The notes beneath the pieces are model-generated. The model worked only from the letters and a program-made list of their open reading frames with translations, was not told the origin of the DNA and did no database searches. This document shows positions 9,350 through 17,219 of a DNA stretch of 64,000 bases, one piece after another. Within the stretch, counting starts at the first letter, position 1. Every line of letters starts with the position of its first letter. The stretch is from a virus: the IMG/VR virus record IMGVR_UViG_3300025099_000014, positions 1 through 64,000 of that record; one strand, written 5' to 3'. A program made the position numbers and the translations under genes.

Positions 9350-9673
9350 ATGTCTTGGTTTAATATTATTAAAAATAGATTCGAAGCAGGTTCTGCTACA
9401 CATGTAGCAATAGCGTGGGCAATTAATGATGATATTACTCGTAACGAGGTTAAGGAACTTATTACACATGAAGTGAGAGATAACCAATATTCTTCAATGG
9501 AAGATATTAGGCAGAAAATCGCAGGGCTTTTATCTAAAAATCTACCCCAACATAGAGGTTTTATGATGGAGTTAGTAGATGAACATAGGGCTGGCTTAAC
9601 AGATATTGATTGGGATGTAGTCGCTATGGAGTTCGATGAGTATATCAGAGAAGATATGGAAGCATACAGATAA
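9350..9673 (+). CDS. Hypothetical W-tag protein
   Basis: GGTGA at 9340 supports ATG 9350 (MSWFNIIK). Confidence 0.8.
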   Translation: MSWFNIIKNRFEAGSATHVAIAWAINDDITRNEVKELITHEVRDNQYSSMEDIRQKIAGLLSKNLPQHRGFMMELVDEHRAGLTDIDWDVVAMEFDEYIREDMEAYR

Positions 9674-9681
9674 TTTATATA
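9674..9681 (+). promoter_or_regulatory. Archaeal TATA box
   Basis: TTTATATA right after the stop codon and 30 nt before ATG 9704; context TAATTTATATA.AACATAAA nearly identical to 4991-5010. Confidence 0.75.
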
Positions 9682-9703
9682 TAACATAAAGGGATGTGCC
9701 ACT

Positions 9704-10489
9704 ATGCATTGGTTTAATATAATTAAAACGGCAGGCATTGAACGTAGAAGATTATTTAGGGGAATTAATATCCCTAAAGAGATAGGTGAAATGCGTCCGG
9801 CAAATGTTAGAATAAGACCAAATGTAATTCTTACGAGACACGCAATAGAAAGAATGCAAGGTAAAGACGTTAGTACAGAACCTACTATCGGTGCGAGAAC
9901 CGGAGAAACAGTATATAGAGATTTAGAAGGTGTGTGGTATTTTGATGGTGCTATGGATGCAATCCAAGAAGGCATAGAATCAGGCAGATTCAAGTCATTA
10001 CTTAGTGGAAAATTTGGCAAAAAAGGACAACTAATACTAAGGCTTAATAATGTAGGTCACGGAAGAATGGGGTGGCTCGTAAGAAAACACAATACTTTAG
10101 AAAATACATTATACGTTACTACTTATTTATCTTACGGGGGTCTACCAGAAGGGTCCGGGGCTAACACAGTACAATTAAACAAAGTTTCTACACCTTTACA
10201 CCCTATTAGTCCACCGCGTATGGATTCAGAACCGTGGGTTCATCCTAAAGACAGACAGAAAGAACAGGTGGAAAAACCTAAAGAACTATCTTGGCGAGAA
10301 AAGGCAGAGATAGAAATAGTTAAAATTAAGGGATTTCAGGAAAAGTTTCTCAATCAAATATTCAGGGACCCACCCCCTACTAATACTAAGGAATTAATTG
10401 AGACGGCAAAATCTCAATCAGGAACTACTAATAGAGGAAAGTTCATGCAGCAATTGGCGATGAACGCAGCATTGAAATGGGATTTTTAA
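9704..10489 (+). CDS. W-tag protein with HAxERM motif (possibly DUF4258/RelE-like fold)
   Basis: MHWFNIIK; VILTRHAIERM ... LYVTTY. Confidence 0.55.
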   Translation: MHWFNIIKTAGIERRRLFRGINIPKEIGEMRPANVRIRPNVILTRHAIERMQGKDVSTEPTIGARTGETVYRDLEGVWYFDGAMDAIQEGIESGRFKSLLSGKFGKKGQLILRLNNVGHGRMGWLVRKHNTLENTLYVTTYLSYGGLPEGSGANTVQLNKVSTPLHPISPPRMDSEPWVHPKDRQKEQVEKPKELSWREKAEIEIVKIKGFQEKFLNQIFRDPPPTNTKELIETAKSQSGTTNRGKFMQQLAMNAALKWDF

Positions 10490-10497
10490 TCAGTTAA

Positions 10498-10505
10498 TTT
10501 ATATA
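10498..10505 (+). promoter_or_regulatory. Archaeal TATA box
   Basis: TTTATATA 30 nt before ATG 10528. Confidence 0.7.
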
Positions 10506-10527
10506 TTACATAGGAGAATGACAACCC

Positions 10528-10713
10528 ATGCCGCGGACAGAATGGTTCAATAATTGGTTAGACGACAATTTCCCAGAAGAAAATGTAGAAGAAGTTTTTG
10601 AAAAGACCCTTGAGTATATTGAGGATAGCAAAGACGATACTAAAACATTACAAAAAATCAAGGCTTACATAATGCAGGCTTTTACTATGGCTAAGGAAGA
10701 TGAGGAAGAATGA
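10528..10713 (+). CDS. Small acidic hypothetical protein
   Basis: 61-aa ORF downstream of a TATA box, overlapping the next gene by ATGA. Confidence 0.7.
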   Translation: MPRTEWFNNWLDDNFPEENVEEVFEKTLEYIEDSKDDTKTLQKIKAYIMQAFTMAKEDEEE

Positions 10714-10964
10714 CTTGGGAAACCTATCTTAAATCTATTGATACAAAAGAAATCAATGATTGGTCGGAAGCACTCAAGGCTTTTATTAAGCAGGGTCGTG
10801 AACTAGGAATCCCGCTAGACGTTATGTCTGAATTAGAGAATGCCAATAAAGCAGCAGGAGCAACCACAACAAACGTCGGTGGTTTTACCCCTTCCATTCA
10901 CAACATTTTGTATGGTTCATGCTCTAAGTGTAAAGACCAAAAATCAAAATGTGGGTGTGAGTAA
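10710..10964 (+). CDS. Small W-tag protein with C-terminal Cys cluster
   Basis: MTWETYLK; ends CSKCKDQKSKCGCE. Confidence 0.75.
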   Translation: MTWETYLKSIDTKEINDWSEALKAFIKQGRELGIPLDVMSELENANKAAGATTTNVGGFTPSIHNILYGSCSKCKDQKSKCGCE

Positions 10965-12682
10965 TGTCCGATTTTCAGGCATTAGAAAATGTCTCCGATA
11001 GGATTCAAGGAATCATTAAAGGGGCATATACTAGATGTAAAAATGTCATCAAGGCAAACGTTAAAATCACAGGTGGTATGGGGAAAGACGGAAACCCTAA
11101 AGATATTATTGGATTTATGCAGGCTCACGGTACTGGAAAGCAAAATAGGCCCGGTTCTGCAAGAACATTTGAAGGTATGGGTATGGCACTAGATATGCTT
11201 GATATGCTTTCAAAGGTAGAAAATGTAACAAATCAGAACCTTGAGGATTTAGATAAAATAAACGAAATCCTACTAGCAATGATACGTAATAACATAGAGG
11301 GTAAAAACGCAACAAACCCACAAAATATACGTTTTAAAGTTGTGGTAGGGTTTAAATTGGATAAAAGAACAGGTAAGCCTATTAAGATTCAACGAGATTT
11401 TGTCTATGGACACTTCAAGACCCCTACAGTTTTAGCATATTTAGAAGCAAAACAAAAATATATGGGTAGTGATTATGAAGGACCACAATATTCAGAAACA
11501 GCAGAGCAAGTAAAGTATTGGACTAGTGATAAACCAAATACTAGTAGGCCGCCATTGTTTATAGCACTTCAGAAATTTCAAGCAGAAATTACAAAAATCA
11601 AAGATGACATAGAAGAAGAACCTTCTCCTTCAGACCCTATTATAATCAATATTGATAAAGGTGTATCGTTGGCCCCATTTGCTAAAATAAATAGTATTAA
11701 AGAAGGGTTTATAGCAATTTTAAGTAATGATTCAATTTATCCCAAAAAGCCTAAAGGTAAAAGGGGTTCAAATAAACCAGTGTGGACAAGCAATACCAGA
11801 CCTAATTTTAGAGATTCTATAAATGAATATGTATTTAGTGTCGATGAAAACGCTAGGGCGTTATTGGATGAAGCAGTTCCCGCTTGGGGTGACGAGCCTG
11901 ATGATTTAGCCGTAACAAAAATATACGACTCATTTAAGATTAGAGTAAATAGCACACGTAGAATGAAAACCCTAGCAAGGCTATGTCTTGGTCCAGATGC
12001 TAGAAACATAGAACTTCCCGGAAGAACTTCTGGTGTTGTTCTTAAGAGTAATGTTGTTGAAAAAGCAAAGCCCAAAAAACAAAAAGAACGTATGGTTAGA
12101 CAGGCGTTTGAATATTTAAATATGAAACCTTCTAGTGCTCAAGAATTATTTGATGTAATGGCTTCTGGAAAAATTAAAACAACAACGGGACATGTCAAAA
12201 GAAGCCTCTTTTCTAGTGTAAACTCCTTGGCCCAATTTTTGCCGCGCTATGGCTATAAAAAAGTAGGTGAGGGACTAGGAGAGGGAAGAACCGGAAATAA
12301 ATACTCAGTTATTTTATGGGAGCCAAAAAATAAATTAATAAAATCATCTGAAAATATCGAAAAGGGAAAACGTAGTAGGCCCAAAGAATTTATAATTCGA
12401 CAAGCATTTGAATATAGGAATAACCAACCCACTAGTGCTAGACACTTATATGAAATTATGTCTTCTGGGGTAATTAAAACTTTACGAGGAACCTCAAAAA
12501 AGAAAAACCCTTTTAGGAGTGTTACATCTCTTGCTGGCTATATGAATTCTCATGGCTTTAAGGTATCTAATTTATCAGAGCGGAGTTATAGGTCAGCATC
12601 TGCTCCCAGTGGTAGAATGTATGAAGGTACTATGAGTCGTGGTGGGAATGTTGCTCTATATTTACCAAGAGAGGAGGAATAA
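10964..12682 (+). CDS. Hypothetical protein with two tandem ~100-aa basic wHTH-like C-terminal domains
   Basis: Duplicated RQAFEY.N..P.SA..L...M.SG.IKT...F.SV.SLA blocks 300 nt apart. Confidence 0.8.
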   Translation: MSDFQALENVSDRIQGIIKGAYTRCKNVIKANVKITGGMGKDGNPKDIIGFMQAHGTGKQNRPGSARTFEGMGMALDMLDMLSKVENVTNQNLEDLDKINEILLAMIRNNIEGKNATNPQNIRFKVVVGFKLDKRTGKPIKIQRDFVYGHFKTPTVLAYLEAKQKYMGSDYEGPQYSETAEQVKYWTSDKPNTSRPPLFIALQKFQAEITKIKDDIEEEPSPSDPIIINIDKGVSLAPFAKINSIKEGFIAILSNDSIYPKKPKGKRGSNKPVWTSNTRPNFRDSINEYVFSVDENARALLDEAVPAWGDEPDDLAVTKIYDSFKIRVNSTRRMKTLARLCLGPDARNIELPGRTSGVVLKSNVVEKAKPKKQKERMVRQAFEYLNMKPSSAQELFDVMASGKIKTTTGHVKRSLFSSVNSLAQFLPRYGYKKVGEGLGEGRTGNKYSVILWEPKNKLIKSSENIEKGKRSRPKEFIIRQAFEYRNNQPTSARHLYEIMSSGVIKTLRGTSKKKNPFRSVTSLAGYMNSHGFKVSNLSERSYRSASAPSGRMYEGTMSRGGNVALYLPREEE

Positions 12683-12684
12683 TT

Positions 12685-12936
12685 ATGTGGGAAGACACAA
12701 TACAAAAAAAGAAAATGAACCCTATTGCTGCAAAAATGATAGATGAAATTCTATCTGATGGTAGGGCTTATTATGTTAAGGAAGTTTATGATATTTTATT
12801 AGATAGGTATCAAGAAAGAGGGATGAAAACCCACACCTTACCTTCGACAAATAAGGTAGGGTCATATTTACGAATAAACCATACGAGGGTTAACCAAATT
12901 GGTCGAACTGCAGTTAAATTTAAACAAAAGGAATAA
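12685..12936 (+). CDS. Small wHTH-like protein, W-tag variant
   Basis: MWEDTIQKK; IDEIL...V.D.L...P....VG.YL shared with the next gene. Confidence 0.7.
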   Translation: MWEDTIQKKKMNPIAAKMIDEILSDGRAYYVKEVYDILLDRYQERGMKTHTLPSTNKVGSYLRINHTRVNQIGRTAVKFKQKE

Positions 12937-12941
12937 TAATT

Positions 12942-13271
12942 ATGTCTTGGGTAAATATATTAAAAAAGGTAGGTAGAGAAAATAGAATATTACCCTTGTA
13001 TACTGGTTTAATTGATGAAATTATGCTAGAAGCAACAAGCCCACTAACCACAAGACAAGTGACTGATGCTTTACATGATAAATTTCAAGAAATAAAACAC
13101 AATAGGGTATACGAAAACCCTAGACATAAATCAAGAAGAACTCTATCTGGTAGATACTTTCCTGATATTAGACAAGTCGGTAAGTATTTATCTAAAAACT
13201 ATGTTAGGGGAGATATTGTTCGCTCACCGGGGTCAAGGTCTAAAGTAATAACTTGGGGTAAACGTAAATGA
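12942..13271 (+). CDS. Small wHTH-like W-tag protein, paralog of the upstream gene
   Basis: MSWVNILK; LIDEIM...V.DAL...FPDIRQVGKYL. Confidence 0.7.
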   Translation: MSWVNILKKVGRENRILPLYTGLIDEIMLEATSPLTTRQVTDALHDKFQEIKHNRVYENPRHKSRRTLSGRYFPDIRQVGKYLSKNYVRGDIVRSPGSRSKVITWGKRK

Positions 13272-13930
13272 CTAAAGTAACTCGTAAAACCTGCCCAGTA
13301 TGTAATCACGAAGAACGTGACATTATAGAACAGGGTGTTCTTGATGGAAGTATTGACCCCTCTACGTTAGACAAAGATAATGGTTGGTGGAACGGGACTA
13401 CCCGTAAGCACATGCAAAACCATACAGACAATTATGTTTCACATTCAAACGACAATTGTAAGTTATGCACACATCAGTCACGGGCTGATATTGAAGCAGG
13501 GCTTTCAGATGGTCGCACTAAGGTTAGCGAAATCGCGGAACAATTAGAAATGTCCGAAGACGCTGTACAATTACACTTGCGCAAGCATCTAAAACCTATG
13601 ATACAAAAAAGTGCAGCACTAGAACTAGCAAGAGTTGATTTTAACGAGATGGACGTTCTATCTAATAATATTGCTATACTACAAGACAAAGTAAATGATT
13701 TAGGTAACAACGATGATTTGGATTTTAGACAAATCGACTCACTTACTCGATTAGCAAAAGAAATTAGGGAATCCCTTAAATATATGTTAGAGTTTAAAGG
13801 ACAACTAGTACACAAGAGAGAAGAAACTATTGTGGTCCAGCAGGTTGAGGTTATTCAAAGAGTATTAATTGAAAAATACCCCGAAGTATGGACAGATATA
13901 CGAGATGCAGTTGCGGAGAAGATACAATGA
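13268..13930 (+). CDS. Double Zn-finger/HTH DNA-binding protein, candidate terminase small subunit
   Basis: Two CxxCxH...HxxxH units, the second containing an HTH (KVSEIAEQLEMSEDAVQLHLRKH); C-terminal helical oligomerisation-like region. Confidence 0.55.
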   Translation: MTKVTRKTCPVCNHEERDIIEQGVLDGSIDPSTLDKDNGWWNGTTRKHMQNHTDNYVSHSNDNCKLCTHQSRADIEAGLSDGRTKVSEIAEQLEMSEDAVQLHLRKHLKPMIQKSAALELARVDFNEMDVLSNNIAILQDKVNDLGNNDDLDFRQIDSLTRLAKEIRESLKYMLEFKGQLVHKREETIVVQQVEVIQRVLIEKYPEVWTDIRDAVAEKIQ

Positions 13931-14322
13931 GTTGGGAAAATATAATAAGAAAAGAAGTTAGGAAAATGCCTGTACCTGCTAGTGAGTTAACTCCTACAGA
14001 TACACGAGAATCAGCGAAGAAGGATTTCTTTGCACAGTTAGGTAGGAGTGATTCAAACATAAATAAGTATCTTAATACTTTATTTGAAGAAAAAATAGAC
14101 CCCGAATTAAACCAAATGAATTTAAAAGGTAAAAAAAGGATTATGATTAACAAGACGGAATTCAATTCTTGGGACATAAGACATAATAACCATCCTCTTA
14201 GTTTTAATACACAAGAGATGCAGAAGATTTTAGCCACTCATTATACGGAGCAAATGGGATATAGAGTTTCCCTTGATAAATTTCATCCTAATGAACTACT
14301 TTATATTGCTTTGTATAAATAA
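13927..14322 (+). CDS. Hypothetical W-tag protein
   Basis: ATGA overlap at 13927 gives MSWENIIRK. Confidence 0.75.
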   Translation: MSWENIIRKEVRKMPVPASELTPTDTRESAKKDFFAQLGRSDSNINKYLNTLFEEKIDPELNQMNLKGKKRIMINKTEFNSWDIRHNNHPLSFNTQEMQKILATHYTEQMGYRVSLDKFHPNELLYIALYK

Positions 14323-14340
14323 ACTTAAAGAGTGATTACA

Positions 14341-14544
14341 ATGACTTGGTACGAAGTAATAAAACAACCAAATATGTCTGGTGCAAGAATGTATACAGGC
14401 ACATGCCCTAAGTGTAAACAATTTGTAAAAAAGGGTGAACCTTGTCCAAAGAACTACCCCGCAGAAAGTCCACAGTATGTTTCCGATGTTAGATTTGAAA
14501 CATGTCCGATGAAAGTTCCTGATACTAATATTCATCTAGAATAA
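14341..14544 (+). CDS. Small W-tag Zn-binding protein
   Basis: GAGTGA RBS; MTWYEVIK; CPKC...CP...CP. Confidence 0.75.
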   Translation: MTWYEVIKQPNMSGARMYTGTCPKCKQFVKKGEPCPKNYPAESPQYVSDVRFETCPMKVPDTNIHLE

Positions 14545-14564
14545 CTAGATATATCATCATAACC

Positions 14565-14572
14565 TTTATATC
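14565..14572 (+). promoter_or_regulatory. Archaeal TATA box
   Basis: TTTATATC 31 nt before ATG 14596. Confidence 0.6.
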
Positions 14573-14595
14573 TAACATTGGTTAAGGACATAATA

Positions 14596-14946
14596 ATGTC
14601 TAAGCATCCGAAGGATAAGAGTTTTAACGACAAACTAATGTTACTCATGGGAGCACCAATTGTATTAACATGGTTGGGTCTTGCCGCATATGTTATTTAC
14701 ATGGCTACCGCAGACCCTGATGTCGTTCTACAAAACTTAGACGGATTTACTGCTGTATTAGGTTTAATCGGTGGTCCCGCCCTACTCATTATTACTAGCA
14801 TGTTAGACCTATGGAAGAATGAACAATCTAACGAGATTAATGAAATCCCATCAGAACTCGCACACCGTCGAGATTTACAAACCCTAGAGAGTCAACACAA
14901 TATCGCTATGGACGCTTATCTAACTAAGGAGGGTAAGAAAGAATGA
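14596..14946 (+). CDS. Two-TM membrane protein (holin-like topology)
   Basis: Two hydrophobic segments and a charged C-terminal tail; ATG 14596 fits the promoter spacing. Confidence 0.7.
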   Translation: MSKHPKDKSFNDKLMLLMGAPIVLTWLGLAAYVIYMATADPDVVLQNLDGFTAVLGLIGGPALLIITSMLDLWKNEQSNEINEIPSELAHRRDLQTLESQHNIAMDAYLTKEGKKE

Positions 14947-15101
14947 GTTGGTTTGATATAGTTAAGAGATTACGTAGTAATCAAAACAAAGATAATAAAG
15001 ATACCGATACAGAAAAAATTGCACCATTAGTAGCAGCAGCAGGAGCAGCAGCAGCAGGAGCAGCGAATCTACTATCGGGTAAAAAGAAAAAGAAGGAATA
15101 A
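14943..15101 (+). CDS. 52-aa W-tag peptide absent from the ORF track
   Basis: Translated by hand: MSWFDIVKRLRSNQNKDNKDTDTEKIAPLVAAAGAAAAGAANLLSGKKKKKE; ATGA overlap, GGAGGGT RBS, fills the gap exactly. Confidence 0.85.
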   Translation: MSWFDIVKRLRSNQNKDNKDTDTEKIAPLVAAAGAAAAGAANLLSGKKKKKE

Positions 15102-15103
15102 AT

Positions 15104-15307
15104 ATGACTACAGAAAAAGAAGTTACAAACAAAGTTGAGAAGGCCGAAGATATGGTCGAAGAAGTTTTAGAAGAATTAGAAGATTTAGGTTTAGTTGATG
15201 AGGCTACAGCAAATAAAATTCTAGCGAAGGTCGCACAATATAAGCGGTATATTCTTCTGGCCGTGCCTGTTGCTATTGCTCTTGTAGCCGCTATTAGCGC
15301 GCTATAA
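15104..15307 (+). CDS. Small C-terminally anchored membrane protein
   Basis: Acidic N-terminus; KRYILLAVPVAIALVAAISAL C-terminal TM. Confidence 0.8.
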   Translation: MTTEKEVTNKVEKAEDMVEEVLEELEDLGLVDEATANKILAKVAQYKRYILLAVPVAIALVAAISAL

Positions 15308-15317
15308 GGGTGATAGA

Positions 15318-17219
15318 ATGGTATCTGAGTGGGAAGAGGTAATAATTCGGGCAAAGGTAAACCCGGAAGATTTCGCAAAGCAGGCTTTAATTAAGGTCAG
15401 AAATATTGCAAAAAATTCTGAAATAGTGGCCCTTGAACGTCTTATCCAAGAATACTCAATCGCTACAGAACAATTAGAAAAAACTGGTGATGTAGAAGAA
15501 ACACAGGTAAAACATCATTTATCCAGAGAATACATTACTAAAGATTTAATACCAACGATATTAGAAGGTTTACAGGAAGCATTAGATTCTTATGACGGAC
15601 CCATAATAGATAAGGTCAATGAATTTAATCAAATGTTATTAGAATTAGAAGATGACCCAGAAGTTTTTATGCAAAAAATTGCTCCATTTTTAGAAAATGA
15701 ATACGATAAATGGATGACCCAAGAAAACGGTAAGACAATACCTGAACATGATGTGGGGCTAAGTTCTCCACGAAAATATTTTGAATCAAAAATCGAAATT
15801 AACGATAGGGACGAAATTATTTCCTCCTTAGAAGCCCTTATTAAAAAACCTAACACAGATACTTCATTGTGGCAAAAACTAATTAATATCATTCCCGACA
15901 AATATGGTATAACTAGACAAGAAATTATGACTGGTCAAAGAAAGAGAAGATATCAGATGGTCCCTAAAGAGCGATTCAATGAAACAATTCTTCACCCTCA
16001 CACTACCCGCCAAAAGTTTAGAGATTTATTAAGTAATTTACAGAAGGCAAGATTTTTATCCGGTAACATAGGTAAATTTTTACTAAAAGCGGAAAGAGGA
16101 GAAGAAGGTTTAGAAGTTGATTCTCCATATCTTATGCTATATAATACCGTTAAAGGGAATTTACAAAATAATTTATTCGGTCGAGCAACTCAAGGAGCAA
16201 TAATGGGGCGAACAGAACATGTAGGTGAATCTGGAGGTGGCTACACAAAAATATTTAGAAATTTCGCTCAAGATTACATTGCTGCTAACCCAGAGGAGAT
16301 AATGGATGAGGAGATAATAATAGACCGTGCTAAATTACCTGTAGGAACACCTACATCCTTAAGACAACTATTTGATAGATGGCAGACAGACCCCAATTTT
16401 AAATTGGGACCTGCTACCAAAAAAAGAACTTTGGTTGATGATGAAGGGAAGGAACGAGTTAAAGAGAATATTCCCACGATGGCAGACCTATATGGGGATG
16501 TAAGATATTCTCAACGTGGGCTTATTGATAGAATTTTATCTGAAGGCGTCAAAATTACAGATACAGATGTAGCAGAAATATTCAAAATATGTTTACCTCC
16601 GAATAATCAAATGGAAGATAATATTGCTGAATTAAGAGTCAATTCGTTTCCCGAAAAATTTGATGAGGCAAATGCCTACACAATACTGTCTGCTTATATT
16701 TATGTCTTAGACACATTCAATTCATCAAATATTGATGGTCTACTTAGTGACCTAGCAAAAATTAGAGATGATATGCTATCACTAACATACCAAACAAGTA
16801 GGGATAAAAGACGGGGTAATCCACCACGTCCGGTTTTTACATATTCTGATAATGGTAAAATACGGGATTATACTGAAGAATTAGAACAATCCGACGTATC
16901 TGCTATTATACAACAGATAGAGAATTTTATTACAAAATTGAAAAACGAACTAGAGGCAACAAGTAGCAATGTTTTAGAGGTTTTATATAATAGTATAGAG
17001 ACAAACCTTAATAAGGACGGTCAGGGTTTATTCACAATACCAACAAAGCAACTAGATAGAGAAGGCGATGAAGGAAGAAAAGGTGGGGGCAGGACAGGAA
17101 AGCCCAACCCTCAAGGAGAAACTAAACGTACAAACAAAGGGACTATACAAGAATATTTACTTAATTACAATGTAAAGGACCGTTCACAGACAGAGCATAA
17201 TATTATAGGGGTGGCTTAA
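15318..17219 (+). CDS. Large hypothetical protein, W-tag variant
   Basis: 633 aa; GGGTGA RBS; MVSEWEEVIIRAK. Confidence 0.85.
   Translation: MVSEWEEVIIRAKVNPEDFAKQALIKVRNIAKNSEIVALERLIQEYSIATEQLEKTGDVEETQVKHHLSREYITKDLIPTILEGLQEALDSYDGPIIDKVNEFNQMLLELEDDPEVFMQKIAPFLENEYDKWMTQENGKTIPEHDVGLSSPRKYFESKIEINDRDEIISSLEALIKKPNTDTSLWQKLINIIPDKYGITRQEIMTGQRKRRYQMVPKERFNETILHPHTTRQKFRDLLSNLQKARFLSGNIGKFLLKAERGEEGLEVDSPYLMLYNTVKGNLQNNLFGRATQGAIMGRTEHVGESGGGYTKIFRNFAQDYIAANPEEIMDEEIIIDRAKLPVGTPTSLRQLFDRWQTDPNFKLGPATKKRTLVDDEGKERVKENIPTMADLYGDVRYSQRGLIDRILSEGVKITDTDVAEIFKICLPPNNQMEDNIAELRVNSFPEKFDEANAYTILSAYIYVLDTFNSSNIDGLLSDLAKIRDDMLSLTYQTSRDKRRGNPPRPVFTYSDNGKIRDYTEELEQSDVSAIIQQIENFITKLKNELEATSSNVLEVLYNSIETNLNKDGQGLFTIPTKQLDREGDEGRKGGGRTGKPNPQGETKRTNKGTIQEYLLNYNVKDRSQTEHNIIGVA

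Noticed and set aside
10528-10713. MPRTEWFNNWLDD as another tag copy
   Set aside because: Has WFN but lacks the hydrophobic pair plus Lys; not counted.
15033-15065. GCA microsatellite read as poly-Leu on the minus strand
   Set aside because: Explained as Ala/Gly codons of the plus-strand 52-aa ORF at 14943-15101.
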